Positions 27,811-38,858 of a DNA stretch of 64,000 nt are shown piece by piece (position 1 is the stretch's first letter; each line of letters begins with the position of its first letter). Source of the DNA: an uncultured Candidatus Saccharibacteria bacterium. GTDB lineage: Bacteria; Patescibacteriota; Minisyncoccia; Minisyncoccales; Staskawiczbacteraceae. Under the pieces are notes generated by a model. The model was not told where the DNA came from, did no database searches, and worked only from the letters and a program-made list of their open reading frames with translations. Location of the stretch: the NCBI GenBank assembly GCA_964479955.1, contig CAYZNK010000001.1:77073-141072 (forward strand), read 5' to 3'. The position numbers and the translations under genes are program-made.

Positions 27811-29474
27811 TAAAAGAACAAATAAAAAATATAATCAAAAAAGCAGCAGATGAAGTTTCTGATGATTTTTCCGTTGAGGTTTCTGCCAGCAATGAACACG
27901 GAGATTATTGCACAAATTACGGATTAATTAAGGCAAGAGAGTTGAAAAAAAATCCAAGAGAATTTTCAGAGCTATTAAAACAAAAAATAGAAAAAAACAG
28001 CTTGTTTGAAAAAGTTGAAGTTGCAGGACCGGGATTTATTAATTTTTTTATTTCAAAAAAATATTTTGTTGATACCTTTAAAAAAATAAATAAAAATTTT
28101 GGCAAAAACACTGTTTTAAAAAACAAAAAAATTGTAATTGATTATACAGATCCAAATCCTTTTAAAGAGTTTCACATTGGGCATTTAATGAGTAATGCAA
28201 TTGGAGAATCTATTTCAAGAATTTTTGAATTTGAGGGAGCTAAAGTAAAAAGAATTTGTTTTCAGGGGGATGTTGGAATACATGTCGCAAAAGCCGTATG
28301 GGATTTAAAAAATAAAGGCATATATTATCCGACGCCTCAATTAAGTGCAACAGCTTATACTGTTGGTTCGGAAATGTACAAGACCGGTGGAGATATAGAA
28401 AAAGAGATAAACGAGATAAACAAAAAAATATATGATAGAGGCGACAAAAGTATAAACAAAATTTACGATGAGGGGAAGAAAGCAAGTTTAAAATATTTTG
28501 ACGAAATTTATAAAAAACTTGGCACAAAATTTGACTGGTTAATTTTTGAATCAGAGACAGGAGAACTCGGTAAAAAAATTGTAGAAAAAGGATTAAAAAA
28601 CGGAATTTTTGAAAAGGGAGAAGGCGGAGCAATTATTTTTAGAGGAGAAAAATATGGATTGCACACAAGGGTTTTTATAAATTCAGATGGACTGCCAACT
28701 TATGAGGCAAAAGACTTGGGGTTGGCTGAAATAAAAAACAAAAAATACAGATATGACAAATCAGTTATTGTAACAGGAAATGAAGTCAATGATTATTTCA
28801 AGGTTATGCTCTGCGCGATGAAACAGGTGATGCCGGATCTGGCCGAAAAGACCGTGCACGTAGGCCATGGAATGTTAAGATTGCCAGAAGGTAAAATGTC
28901 TTCAAGAACTGGAAATATAATAACAGGGGAATCTTTAATAGAAAAAGTAAAAGAATTAGTTTTACAAAAAATAAAAGATAAAAGATTATCGGAAATAGAA
29001 GAATCAGAAATTTCGGAAGCTGTTGCAATTGGGGCAATAAAATATTCCATTTTAAAACAATCTATTGGGTCAGATATTATTTATGATTTTGACAGGTCAA
29101 TTTCTTTTGACGGGGATTCCGGGCCATATTTACAGTATTCTTATGCAAGAGCAAAGTCTGTTTTAAAAAAAGCAAAACAAGAAGGAATAAAACCTAATTT
29201 TAAAAGAACGCCTGATTATGTGGGTGAGCTTGAAAAAAAGATAGTTCTTTTTCCAGACGCTGTTCTTCAGGCAAATAAAAGCTTAGACCCGCATTTTATA
29301 GCTTTGTATCTTTCAGAATTGGCGTCAGAGTTCAATAGTTATTACACTAAAAATAAAATTGTTTCCAGGGATGATAAATTTTCAGCTTACAAAGTGGCTA
29401 TAACAGAAAAGTTTGTCCTAATAATGGAAAACGGATTATGGCTTCTTGGTATTAAGCCGTTAGAAAAAATGTAA
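27807..29474 (+). CDS. argS: Arginine--tRNA ligase
   Basis: Class I HIGH motif FHIGHL, KMSSRTG (MSxR variant), and a C-terminal DALR anticodon-binding region. Confidence 0.93.
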   Translation: MIKEQIKNIIKKAADEVSDDFSVEVSASNEHGDYCTNYGLIKARELKKNPREFSELLKQKIEKNSLFEKVEVAGPGFINFFISKKYFVDTFKKINKNFGKNTVLKNKKIVIDYTDPNPFKEFHIGHLMSNAIGESISRIFEFEGAKVKRICFQGDVGIHVAKAVWDLKNKGIYYPTPQLSATAYTVGSEMYKTGGDIEKEINEINKKIYDRGDKSINKIYDEGKKASLKYFDEIYKKLGTKFDWLIFESETGELGKKIVEKGLKNGIFEKGEGGAIIFRGEKYGLHTRVFINSDGLPTYEAKDLGLAEIKNKKYRYDKSVIVTGNEVNDYFKVMLCAMKQVMPDLAEKTVHVGHGMLRLPEGKMSSRTGNIITGESLIEKVKELVLQKIKDKRLSEIEESEISEAVAIGAIKYSILKQSIGSDIIYDFDRSISFDGDSGPYLQYSYARAKSVLKKAKQEGIKPNFKRTPDYVGELEKKIVLFPDAVLQANKSLDPHFIALYLSELASEFNSYYTKNKIVSRDDKFSAYKVAITEKFVLIMENGLWLLGIKPLEKM

Positions 29475-29482
29475 AACAAACT

Positions 29483-32461
29483 ATGTTAAATTTTTCAGAA
29501 GAAGAAAAAAAAATATTAAAGTTTTGGCAGGATAATGAAATTTTTGAAAAGTCTTTGGAACAGACAAAAAACAAAAAGCCTTTTGTTTTTTATGATGGCC
29601 CGCCTTTTGCAACAGGAACTCCGCATTACGGACACTTGTTGCAGAGCGCAATTAAAGACGCAATTCCTCGCTATAAAACAATGCAGGGATTTTATGTTGC
29701 CCGCCAATGGGGTTGGGACTGCCATGGGCTTCCTATTGAAAATATTGTTGAAAAGGAAATTGGCACAAAAACAAAAAAAGAAATTGTGGAAATGGGAGTA
29801 AAAAAATTTAATGACTTGTGCCGCGAGAGAATTTTTACTTTTATTCATGAGTGGGAACAGATGATTCCAAGATTTGGCAGATGGGCCGATATGAAAAATC
29901 CTTATAGGACAATGGATTTTGAATATATGCAGGCAGAATGGTGGGCTTTTAAAGAGCTTTATAAAAAAGGCCTTATTTATGAAGATTATAAGTCGCTTCA
30001 TATTTGCCCCAGGTGTGAAACAACATTAAGCCAAGGCGAAGTTGCAGACGGATATAAAGATGTAAAAGATTTATCTGCAACATTAAAATTTAAAGTAAAA
30101 AATCCTGAAAAGCATGGTTTATCGGAAAATACTTACTTATTAGCATGGACAACAACCCCGTGGACATTGCCCGGAAACGTTGCTTTGGCAGTTGGGGCAG
30201 ATATTGATTACGTCGTTATTAAAAAAGCACCAGCAAAAGTAGAAGTTACGCCCATAACGGGAAAAACTCCAGAAAATATTTTTGATAATAATAGCTACAT
30301 TATTGCCGAAAATATATTTGCAAAAGAAGATCAAAAGGTTAATCCATTAGGAAAATTAGAGAGATATTATTTTGGAGCAGATAAAGAAATGTTTGATGTA
30401 GAGACGCATATAAAAGGCAAAGATTTAATTGGTATTGAGTACGAACCGTTGTTTGATGTTTATCAAAAAGATGAAAATCTAAAAGATAGAGAAAACGGGT
30501 GGAAAGTTTATCCGGCTAATTTTGTTACAACAGAAGACGGTACAGGGATTGTGCATATTGCCCCTGCATTTGGAGCAGATGATATGGCTTTGGGCAAGGA
30601 AAAAGAATTGCCGTTTGTTCAGCATGTAAAAATGGATGGAGCCTTTAAGGATGAAATGGCAGAATTTGCAGGATTGGATTTAAAACCCAGAGCAAAAAAT
30701 AGGCCAGACGAAATCCGCGAAGCAGATTTGGCAATTGTAAAATATTTGGAGCAAAAAGGACTTTTATTTAGTTATGAAAAATATACTCACTCATACCCCC
30801 ATTGCTGGAGATGCGATACAGCTTTGTTAAATTATGCAACATCTTCTTGGTTTGTTGCTGTTGAAAAAATAAAATCTAAATTATTAAAAACAGCCAAAAA
30901 AATAAATTGGTCCCCAAAACATATTAAAGAAGGCAGGTTTGGTCAGTGGCTGGAGGGAGCGCGTGACTGGTCAATTTCAAGGCAAAGATTTTGGGCCAAC
31001 ACAATTCCTGTTTGGAGGTGTAAAAAATGTAAAAAAGAAATGGTTTTTGGCTCAGCAGAAGAACTTGAAAAGGCCAGTGGAATAAAAGCTGAGGATTTAC
31101 ATAAAGATGTTGTTGACAGGGTTGTTTTTAATTGCAGCTGCTCGGGCAAAATGGAAAGAGTGCCCGATGTTTTAGATACTTGGTTTGATTCTGGTTCTGT
31201 GCCATTTGCCACAAAAAGTTCAATTCCCGCAGATTTTATAGGAGAAGCCCAGGATCAAACCCGCGCATGGTTTTATTACCAGCATGTTTTAATTGGGGCG
31301 CTATTTAACAAAGAAGCATTTAAAAATTGTATAGTTACGGGCATAGTGCTGGCAGAAGACGGTAAAAAAATGTCCAAAAAATTAAAAAATTATCCTGACC
31401 CATCTGAAATGATAGAAAAATACGGGGCTGATGCCATGAGGTTTTATATGTTAAGTTCTCCTGTTGTGCAGGCAGAAAATTTTTCATTTTCAGAAAAAGG
31501 CGTTGATGAAATAGTAAAGAAAAACATAGGCAGACTTTATAATGTTTTGTCTTTTTATCAGCTTTACAAAGACCAAACACCTGCTAATGACAACAGTAAA
31601 AATATTCTTGATAGCTGGATATTATCCAGACTCAACAAGCTTACAGAAAGTATTACCCAGGGTTATGAAAATTACAGGATTGATTTGGCTACAAAACCTT
31701 TGACTGATTTTATAGATGAGTTTTCTGCCTGGTATTTAAGAAGGAGTAGGGATAGGTTTAAAGACCAGACACAAGACAAAATAATGGCTTTGGCAACATT
31801 AAGATTTGTATTATATAAGCTTTCCTTACTAATGTCGCCCGTTATGCCATTTTTTGCCGAAATAATTTACAAAGAGATAAAAGACAAAGACATGCCTGAA
31901 TCTGTGCACCTTTGCGACTGGCCAATAGTTGACAATAAAAGAATAAACGAAGATTTAGAAGAAGATATGCAAAAGGTTAGAAGTATAGTGAATTTGGCTT
32001 TGGCAGAAAGAACTGCAAGGTCTATAAAAGTAAAACAACCACTTCTATCACTTGAGGCGGAGGGACCAAAATTTAAAACTAACTATTATGAGGATTTAAT
32101 TAATTTGATAAAAGATGAAGTTAATGTGAAAGAATTTATAGCAAATTTTAAGCCAGTAAATATAAAAATCACAATTCCGTCTATGACAGCAACATATAAA
32201 ATAAAACTTGATACAAATATAACAAAAGAGCTGAAAGAGGAAGGAATGATAAGGGAGTTGGTAAGGGCAGTTCAGGCAGAAAGAAAAAATCAAAATTTGG
32301 TTCCGCAAGATAAAATTTTAGTTGAATTATCTTTACCAGAAACAGAAAAAGAAATTGTTGAAAAAAACAAAGAGTTTTTTATAAAAGAATTTAGGGCAAC
32401 AGAAATATCTTTGGACGAATCTGGCGATGGTGATAAAAAAATAAAAATTAAAAAGATTTAA
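29483..32461 (+). CDS. ileS: Isoleucine--tRNA ligase (type 2, eukaryote-like)
   Basis: FYDGPPFATGTPHYGHLL, CP1 editing domain, KMSKKLKNYPDP; 992 aa. Confidence 0.95.
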   Translation: MLNFSEEEKKILKFWQDNEIFEKSLEQTKNKKPFVFYDGPPFATGTPHYGHLLQSAIKDAIPRYKTMQGFYVARQWGWDCHGLPIENIVEKEIGTKTKKEIVEMGVKKFNDLCRERIFTFIHEWEQMIPRFGRWADMKNPYRTMDFEYMQAEWWAFKELYKKGLIYEDYKSLHICPRCETTLSQGEVADGYKDVKDLSATLKFKVKNPEKHGLSENTYLLAWTTTPWTLPGNVALAVGADIDYVVIKKAPAKVEVTPITGKTPENIFDNNSYIIAENIFAKEDQKVNPLGKLERYYFGADKEMFDVETHIKGKDLIGIEYEPLFDVYQKDENLKDRENGWKVYPANFVTTEDGTGIVHIAPAFGADDMALGKEKELPFVQHVKMDGAFKDEMAEFAGLDLKPRAKNRPDEIREADLAIVKYLEQKGLLFSYEKYTHSYPHCWRCDTALLNYATSSWFVAVEKIKSKLLKTAKKINWSPKHIKEGRFGQWLEGARDWSISRQRFWANTIPVWRCKKCKKEMVFGSAEELEKASGIKAEDLHKDVVDRVVFNCSCSGKMERVPDVLDTWFDSGSVPFATKSSIPADFIGEAQDQTRAWFYYQHVLIGALFNKEAFKNCIVTGIVLAEDGKKMSKKLKNYPDPSEMIEKYGADAMRFYMLSSPVVQAENFSFSEKGVDEIVKKNIGRLYNVLSFYQLYKDQTPANDNSKNILDSWILSRLNKLTESITQGYENYRIDLATKPLTDFIDEFSAWYLRRSRDRFKDQTQDKIMALATLRFVLYKLSLLMSPVMPFFAEIIYKEIKDKDMPESVHLCDWPIVDNKRINEDLEEDMQKVRSIVNLALAERTARSIKVKQPLLSLEAEGPKFKTNYYEDLINLIKDEVNVKEFIANFKPVNIKITIPSMTATYKIKLDTNITKELKEEGMIRELVRAVQAERKNQNLVPQDKILVELSLPETEKEIVEKNKEFFIKEFRATEISLDESGDGDKKIKIKKI

Positions 32462-32462
32462 T

Positions 32463-32768
32463 ATGGCGTTATTTGATAAAAAGTCAGAGATTCCAAGGTC
32501 TCAACTGAAGAATATTTTGGGAAAGTCAGATGTAAGGGCTGGCGGAGGAAAACAGCTTTCCGCAAAGCAAAAAATATTAATGGAAAAAAGGGATTTTCCA
32601 AGAAAGTTTGGTGAATCAATTTCAAAAGGAGAATATAAAATGACAGTTAACAAGCTAAAAGCCGAAAGAAGGGGACAGGAAGATTTCACTAAGAAATTGA
32701 AGCTTGGCAAAAAAATAAAATTTTTGGAAGAGCTGGAAAAAAAAGGAGACAACTCTAATAATGTTTAA
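32463..32768 (+). CDS. Hypothetical basic protein (101 aa)
   Basis: ORF starts 2 nt after the ileS stop; K/R-rich; no recognisable family. Confidence 0.45.
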   Translation: MALFDKKSEIPRSQLKNILGKSDVRAGGGKQLSAKQKILMEKRDFPRKFGESISKGEYKMTVNKLKAERRGQEDFTKKLKLGKKIKFLEELEKKGDNSNNV

Positions 32769-32779
32769 CTTAAAGGATT

Positions 32780-33502
32780 ATGGCAAACTGTTGCAGGGCA
32801 TCTGGTTTTGTTTTTAAAAAGGAAGATAGGTCAGATTCAGACAGAATGTTTTATTTATTTACAGACGAATTTGGGTGCCTGAGTGTTTTTGCAAAAGCAA
32901 TAAGGAAAATAAATTCAAAGTTAAAAAGCGGCATAGATATTTTTTCAATATCCCAGATAGAATTTATACAAGGAAAGAACAGAAAAACGCTTACAGACGC
33001 GGGCTTTGTGCAGAAATTTGTAAACATAAAAACTTCCCCGAAAAGATTTAAGATGGCCCATATGATTTGCCGGGTCCTGGATGACTTTATAAAAGAACAG
33101 GAAAAAGACAGGGAAATTTTTAATTTATTAAAAAAATGTTTTGAAGAGCTGGACAGTGAAGACCTAAAAGAAGAAAAGTGTGATTTGATTTATTACTATT
33201 TTGCATGGAATCTTTTTTCCTTGTTGGGATTTAAACCAGAATTGCAAAGGTGTGTAAACTGTTCTTTGAAACTGGAGGCCATGGAGATTTATTTTTCTGC
33301 AGGCTGTGGAGGAGCTATTTGTAAAAAATGTTATGGAAAAATTAATTTTTTGCAAAAAATAAAACCGGATGCCGTTAAAATTTTAAGGATTATTTTAGGA
33401 AAAGATATTAAGAAAGCCTTAAAATTAAAAACAACGGAAGAATTTAAAATTTTACTGGAAGACGTTACAAATAATTACGGAAGTTATATTATAAATAAAT
33501 AG
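32780..33502 (+). CDS. recO: DNA repair protein RecO
   Basis: N-terminal OB fold (ASGFVFKKEDRSDSDRMFYLFTDEFG) and Cys4 zinc motif CVNC...CKKC. Confidence 0.85.
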   Translation: MANCCRASGFVFKKEDRSDSDRMFYLFTDEFGCLSVFAKAIRKINSKLKSGIDIFSISQIEFIQGKNRKTLTDAGFVQKFVNIKTSPKRFKMAHMICRVLDDFIKEQEKDREIFNLLKKCFEELDSEDLKEEKCDLIYYYFAWNLFSLLGFKPELQRCVNCSLKLEAMEIYFSAGCGGAICKKCYGKINFLQKIKPDAVKILRIILGKDIKKALKLKTTEEFKILLEDVTNNYGSYIINK

Positions 33503-33534
33503 CATTTTATAAATAAATAATATAGTAATCAGGG

Positions 33535-35226
33535 TTGTCTAAAATTGATAAGCTCATATACGGGCAGCTCACAAAAATTGTGAATAAAAAGATACTTTTT
33601 ATTATTTTGTTTCTTGTTGTGGTTTCGGGGTTTATAGTTTTCGCGATTTACAGGGGCGCAATGTTTTCAAAAGAAATTTTAAGGTTGGAAATTTTGGGGC
33701 CTGAAAATGCCAAGGCGGGAGATGAAATAGAATACACCATCAAATATAAAAACAACGGAAATTTTGCGTTGGAAAACCCAAAGCTTATTTTTGACCTGCC
33801 GGAAAATTCTCTGACAGAAGATGAAAAAACAAGGATTACTAAAGATTTGGAAGACATTTACCCGGGAGACGAAGACTTTGTAAAAATTAAAGCTCGCCTT
33901 TTAGGCAAGGAAGGAGATTTAAAAGTTGCTAAAGCATATCTTTCATATGTCCCCAAAAATTTAAGCGCAAGGTATGAATCTGACACCACTCTTACAACCA
34001 AGATTGAGACAACCCCCATTACCTTGGATTTTGATTTGCCAACAAAAGCAGAAAAAGGAAAGAGTCTGCAGTATTCGCTTAATTATTTTTCAAACATAGA
34101 TTATCCTCTGGAAAATTTAAGTATAAAAATATCTCCGATAAACGGTTTTCAGATAGAATCTTCCAGCCCTTCATCTTTGGATAATCAGGAATGGAAGCTT
34201 AAAACCATAAACAAAGCGGAGGGGGGGAGAATAACCGTAAACGGAATAGTGGGAGCTGATGTAAACCAGGATTTGGATTTTAATGCGCAAATAGGCATGT
34301 GGCAAAACGGAAGCTTCGTTGTGATAAAGGAAACAACGGCCCAAGTCAAAGTTATTCAGTCAATGATTTATATTTCCCAGCAGGTTAATGGATCTTCTAA
34401 TTATGTTGCTTGCCCCGGAGAAAAACTACATTATCAAATATTTTTCAGAAACATAGGCTCTTCTTCCTTTGAGGATTTATTTGTAATAGTCAATCTTTCC
34501 GGCCAGGCCCTTGATATGTCCACTTTGGAATCCCCAAATGGAGTTGTACAACAGAGCAGTAATATGATTGTTTGGGACTGGAAAAACACTCCTCAACTTA
34601 AAAAAATAAATGTTCAAGAAGAAACAAGCATTGATTTCTATGTAAAGACAAAGCAGGACTGGGTGCCAGGGACTTCAAGCGAAAACGAAATGATAATTTC
34701 TGACCAGGTTAATGTTTCCCAGATAACGCAAAAATTTGATATAAAGATAAATTCAGGGTTGGTGCTTTCCCAAGATGCTATTTTTGATAGCTCTATTACA
34801 AATGCAGGCCAAATTCCTCCGATTGCGGGCAAAGCAACAATTTATACGGTTAATTGGAATATTAAAAACTATTCAAGCGATGCCAAAAACGTGAAAGTAA
34901 AGGCAATTTTGCCCAGTCAGGTATCGTTGACCGGCGAAGTTTTTCCCACAAACGAATCTTCAAATTTTTCTTTTGATTCTGCCAGCCGCGAAATAGTCTG
35001 GTCTGTAGGAGATGTTTTGGCAGGAACCGGGGTCAATGGAGACCCCATCACGCTTTCATTCCAAATTATTTTAATTCCAACTATGTCGCAAAAAGGTACA
35101 AACGCAAATTTAATAGGCAAGGCAACCATCATGGGAGAAAATCAGTTTACAAATTCAATAATATCTTCTTTTGACCAAAGCATTGACTCAAGCCTGAAAA
35201 ACACGGCTTCCGGAATTGTGCAATAA
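33535..35226 (+). CDS. Membrane-anchored surface protein with repeated beta-sandwich (DUF11/CARDB-like) domains
   Basis: N-terminal TM anchor, then repeated segments of about 110 aa with the patterns GDEIEYTIKYKNNG, GEKLHYQIFFRNIG and ATIYTVNWNIKN. TTG start as given in the track. Confidence 0.45.
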   Translation: MSKIDKLIYGQLTKIVNKKILFIILFLVVVSGFIVFAIYRGAMFSKEILRLEILGPENAKAGDEIEYTIKYKNNGNFALENPKLIFDLPENSLTEDEKTRITKDLEDIYPGDEDFVKIKARLLGKEGDLKVAKAYLSYVPKNLSARYESDTTLTTKIETTPITLDFDLPTKAEKGKSLQYSLNYFSNIDYPLENLSIKISPINGFQIESSSPSSLDNQEWKLKTINKAEGGRITVNGIVGADVNQDLDFNAQIGMWQNGSFVVIKETTAQVKVIQSMIYISQQVNGSSNYVACPGEKLHYQIFFRNIGSSSFEDLFVIVNLSGQALDMSTLESPNGVVQQSSNMIVWDWKNTPQLKKINVQEETSIDFYVKTKQDWVPGTSSENEMIISDQVNVSQITQKFDIKINSGLVLSQDAIFDSSITNAGQIPPIAGKATIYTVNWNIKNYSSDAKNVKVKAILPSQVSLTGEVFPTNESSNFSFDSASREIVWSVGDVLAGTGVNGDPITLSFQIILIPTMSQKGTNANLIGKATIMGENQFTNSIISSFDQSIDSSLKNTASGIVQ

Positions 35227-35249
35227 TATTTAGAATTAAATTTTTAACT

Positions 35250-36545
35250 ATGAAAAAAGAGAAACAATCTGCAGACAGTAAAATGGAAAAAATAGTGTCT
35301 TTGTGTAAAAGGCGGGGGTTTATTTTCCCTGGGTCTGAAATTTACGGAGGATTGGCAAATTCGTTTGATTACGGCCCCTTAGGAGTTGAGCTGAAAAATA
35401 ACATAAAAAATCTATGGTGGAAAAAGTTTGTGCATAATAGGGACGATATGGTTGGAATTGATGCGGCTTTAATAATGAATCCAAAAGTTTGGGAAAATTC
35501 AGGCCACCTTGAAACTTTTACCGACCCATTGGTTGAATGTAAAAAATGCCATCACAGATTTAGAAAAGATCATCTGGAAAAAGATAAATGCTCTGACTGT
35601 GGAGGAGAATTAACGGAGCCAAAACAATTTAACTTAATGTTGAAAACTTTTTTAGGACCCGTTGAGGATGCTGACAATACAGTATATTTTAGGCCAGAAA
35701 CAGCCCAGGCAATGTTTGTTGACTTTAAAAATGTTTTGGAAACTTCAAGGAAAAGAATTCCTTTTGGTATTGCTCAAATAGGCAAAGCTTTTAGAAATGA
35801 AATAACCCCGGGTAATTTTATTTTCAGGACCCGCGAATTTGAGCAGATGGAAATTGAATATTTTATTAAAGAAAAAGATTGGAAAGAAACGTTTGAATAT
35901 TGGAAAGAACAAATGGAAGAATGGATAAAAGAATTAGGAATAGATTTAAAAAATATTCATGAAGTTGAAATTCCAGAAAAAGAACTTGCGCATTATTCAA
36001 AAAGAACAATTGACTTTGAATATGAATATCCCTTTGGGCAGAAAGAGTTATACGGCTTAGCATATAGGACAAATTTTGACTTAAAAAACCATTATAAATC
36101 AGAACCCTATGAAGACCCAGAAACCAAAGAGAAATTTTATCCGCATGTTATTGAACCTACATTTGGGGTGGACAGGTCTGTTCTGGTTGCTCTTTTGGAA
36201 GCATATAACGAAGAGCAAGACAGGGTGGTTTTAAAGCTCCCTGCAAAGTTGGCGCCGTATAAGGTTGCTGTGTTTCCGCTTTTAAAAAACAAACCAGAGC
36301 TCGTTAAGAAAGCAGAAGAAATTTATCAAGAGCTTAAAAAAGAATTTAATGTTGCTTTTGACGACAGGGGAAACATTGGCAAAAGATATTACAGCCAGGA
36401 TGAAATTGGCACGCCATTCTGCATTACGGTGGACTTTGATACTCTAAAAGACAATACTGTCACAATAAGAAACAGGGATACGACAAAGCAGAAAAGGATT
36501 TTAATAGAAGAATTAAAAAACTTTTTGGAAAACAACATAAAATAA
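35250..36545 (+). CDS. glyQS: Glycine--tRNA ligase (dimeric class II)
   Basis: RRGFIFPGSEIYGGLANSFDYGPLG, FRNEITPGNFIFRTREFEQME (motif 2), and a C-terminal anticodon-binding domain. Confidence 0.94.
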   Translation: MKKEKQSADSKMEKIVSLCKRRGFIFPGSEIYGGLANSFDYGPLGVELKNNIKNLWWKKFVHNRDDMVGIDAALIMNPKVWENSGHLETFTDPLVECKKCHHRFRKDHLEKDKCSDCGGELTEPKQFNLMLKTFLGPVEDADNTVYFRPETAQAMFVDFKNVLETSRKRIPFGIAQIGKAFRNEITPGNFIFRTREFEQMEIEYFIKEKDWKETFEYWKEQMEEWIKELGIDLKNIHEVEIPEKELAHYSKRTIDFEYEYPFGQKELYGLAYRTNFDLKNHYKSEPYEDPETKEKFYPHVIEPTFGVDRSVLVALLEAYNEEQDRVVLKLPAKLAPYKVAVFPLLKNKPELVKKAEEIYQELKKEFNVAFDDRGNIGKRYYSQDEIGTPFCITVDFDTLKDNTVTIRNRDTTKQKRILIEELKNFLENNIK

Positions 36546-36546
36546 T

Positions 36547-37818
36547 ATGCATAAAAAAATAACATTTAATAATGGGTTGAGGCTTATCACTGTTCCCATG
36601 GAAAATTCAAACAGTGTGACGGTTTTGATATTGGTTGGGACTGGTTCTAAATATGAAACAAAAGATGTAAATGGCATTTCTCATTTTTTGGAGCATATGT
36701 TTTTTAAGGGAACAGAAAAAAAGAAAAACACACTGGCAATATCAGAAACACTGGACAGTATCGGGGGAGAATACAATGCTTTTACATCAAAAGAGGTTAC
36801 CGGATTTTGGGCAAAAGTTGATAAAAAACATTCAGATATTGCTTTGGACTGGATAACAGACATATTTTTAAATTCCAAGTTTGATGCTAAAGAGCTTGAA
36901 AGAGAAAAGGGCGTGATAATAGAAGAAGTTAATATGTATTTGGATACGCCAATGGCTTATGTGTCAGACCTTTTTGAAAAACTGCTTTACGGAGACCAGC
37001 CCGCTGGCTGGATGGTTATAGGAGAAAAAGAGAATATTTTATCTTTTAACAGACAAAAACTTTTGGAATATTACAATACCCACTATTCTTTGCCAAATGT
37101 TGTTGTATGTGTGGCAGGAGCAATTGATAGTCAGAATATTGAAAATAAAATTGAAAATTATTTTAAAACAGCAAAAACAGAAAACTCCAGCCAGAAATTA
37201 AAGGTTGTAGAACAGCAAAAAAATCCGGAAATTTTATTGTACAACAAAAAAACTGACCAAACTCATTTTTGTTTGGGGGTAAGGGCTTATGACCAAAATC
37301 ATCCGAGAAAATATGCGTTGATTTTGTTATCAATAATTTTGGGGGGAAACATGAGTTCGCGCCTTTTTATAAAAGTGCGCGAAAAAAATGGCTTGGCTTA
37401 TTCTATCCATACGTTAGCTGATATTTCCACAGATACCGGATATCTGGTCACGCAGGCCGGAATTGACCATAAAAATTTGGAAAAATCAATCAGATTAATT
37501 TTAGAAGAATACAAGGATTTGAAAAACAAAAAAGTTTCAGAAAAAGAGCTTCAGAAAGCCAAAGATTATTTAAAGGGGAAAATGTTTTTATCTTTGGATT
37601 CTTCTTCCAAACAGGCATCTTATTATGCAACACAGGAGTTGCTTGAAAAAAATATATTAACCCCTGAGCAGGAATTTGAGAAGATTGACAAAGTCTCTGT
37701 AAGTGATATAAAAAAAGTAGCAGAAGATATTTTTGTTTCTTCGGGGCTCAACCTGGCCGCAATAGGGCCGCTTGAGGATTCGGAAAAATCCAAGCTGCTA
37801 AAAATTTTAAAAATATAA
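36547..37818 (+). CDS. M16 family (pitrilysin/insulinase-like) zinc peptidase
   Basis: Inverted zinc motif HFLEHMFFKGT, plus a downstream E in EREKGVIIEE. Confidence 0.88.
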   Translation: MHKKITFNNGLRLITVPMENSNSVTVLILVGTGSKYETKDVNGISHFLEHMFFKGTEKKKNTLAISETLDSIGGEYNAFTSKEVTGFWAKVDKKHSDIALDWITDIFLNSKFDAKELEREKGVIIEEVNMYLDTPMAYVSDLFEKLLYGDQPAGWMVIGEKENILSFNRQKLLEYYNTHYSLPNVVVCVAGAIDSQNIENKIENYFKTAKTENSSQKLKVVEQQKNPEILLYNKKTDQTHFCLGVRAYDQNHPRKYALILLSIILGGNMSSRLFIKVREKNGLAYSIHTLADISTDTGYLVTQAGIDHKNLEKSIRLILEEYKDLKNKKVSEKELQKAKDYLKGKMFLSLDSSSKQASYYATQELLEKNILTPEQEFEKIDKVSVSDIKKVAEDIFVSSGLNLAAIGPLEDSEKSKLLKILKI

Positions 37819-37830
37819 AAAATTAATTCA

Positions 37831-38856
37831 ATGGAAAGAGAACAAACACTGAACATTTCATGGAATGCTATAGTTAAGGTATTTATAGCGATTTTTGTTT
37901 TTTATCTTATATACTTGGCCAGAGAAATAGCCCTTTGGTTCTTTTTTGGGCTGGCAATTTCTATTTTATTTGAACCTGCAATAAATTTTTTAAGAAGAAT
38001 GTGGATACCGAAGATGCTGGCAATAATCATGGTATATGTTTCCACATTAGGGCTTTTAGGGCTTTTGATTTATTTAATGGCTCCTATTTTTATTGTTGAA
38101 TTAAAGCAATTTTCTGTTTATTTGCCAGATTATTTTAATAAAATAAATCCGCTTTTACAGCAGATTGGAATTGATTTTGCGGAAAGCTTTAGTGAACTTA
38201 CAAGCTCTTTGGTGGCGGGACTGGAACAGAGTTCAAAAGGTGTTATTAACGCGGCCATAGCTTTTTTTGGTGGGTTAGCATCAACGATTGTTATTTTAAC
38301 AATTGCGTTTTTTCTATCTTTAGAAGAAAAGGGCCCTGAAAGATTTTTGGCGTTTATATCTCCAAGAAAGTATCAGGAGCAGATAGTTTCTTTTTTTGAG
38401 AAAGCTCAAGCAAAGGTTGCTGGATGGTTTGGGGCAAGAATAATAGCCTGTGCTTTTGTTGGCATTGCGTCTTTTATTATCTTTTATATTTTTGACGTTG
38501 AATACTCTTTTTTACTGGCTCTTATGGCGGGAGTTTTAAACTTTATTCCTTACATAGGCCCGTTAACAACAGCAATACTGCTAATAGTGTTTGTTATGGT
38601 TTCCTCAAATTCATGGATTGTGACGCTTTATGTCTTGCTGGCCGTTTGGGCTGTTCAGGTAGTTGAAAACAACCTTTTAACACCTTTTTTAATGAAAAGA
38701 ATGATAAACCTGCCTCCGGTATTGGTTTTGATATCTTTATTGTTGGGAGCTAAAATTTTTGGGTTTTTAGGAACAATATTTATTGTTCCGGTTGCCGGGA
38801 TAATTTATGAATTTATAAAAGAATTATTGGAGAAAAAAAGAGAAATTTCAGAATAG
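37831..38856 (+). CDS. AI-2E family transporter (PerM/UPF0118)
   Basis: Eight TM helices and conserved C-terminal region NFIPYIGP...VENNLLTPFLM. Confidence 0.8.
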   Translation: MEREQTLNISWNAIVKVFIAIFVFYLIYLAREIALWFFFGLAISILFEPAINFLRRMWIPKMLAIIMVYVSTLGLLGLLIYLMAPIFIVELKQFSVYLPDYFNKINPLLQQIGIDFAESFSELTSSLVAGLEQSSKGVINAAIAFFGGLASTIVILTIAFFLSLEEKGPERFLAFISPRKYQEQIVSFFEKAQAKVAGWFGARIIACAFVGIASFIIFYIFDVEYSFLLALMAGVLNFIPYIGPLTTAILLIVFVMVSSNSWIVTLYVLLAVWAVQVVENNLLTPFLMKRMINLPPVLVLISLLLGAKIFGFLGTIFIVPVAGIIYEFIKELLEKKREISE

Positions 38857-38858
38857 GT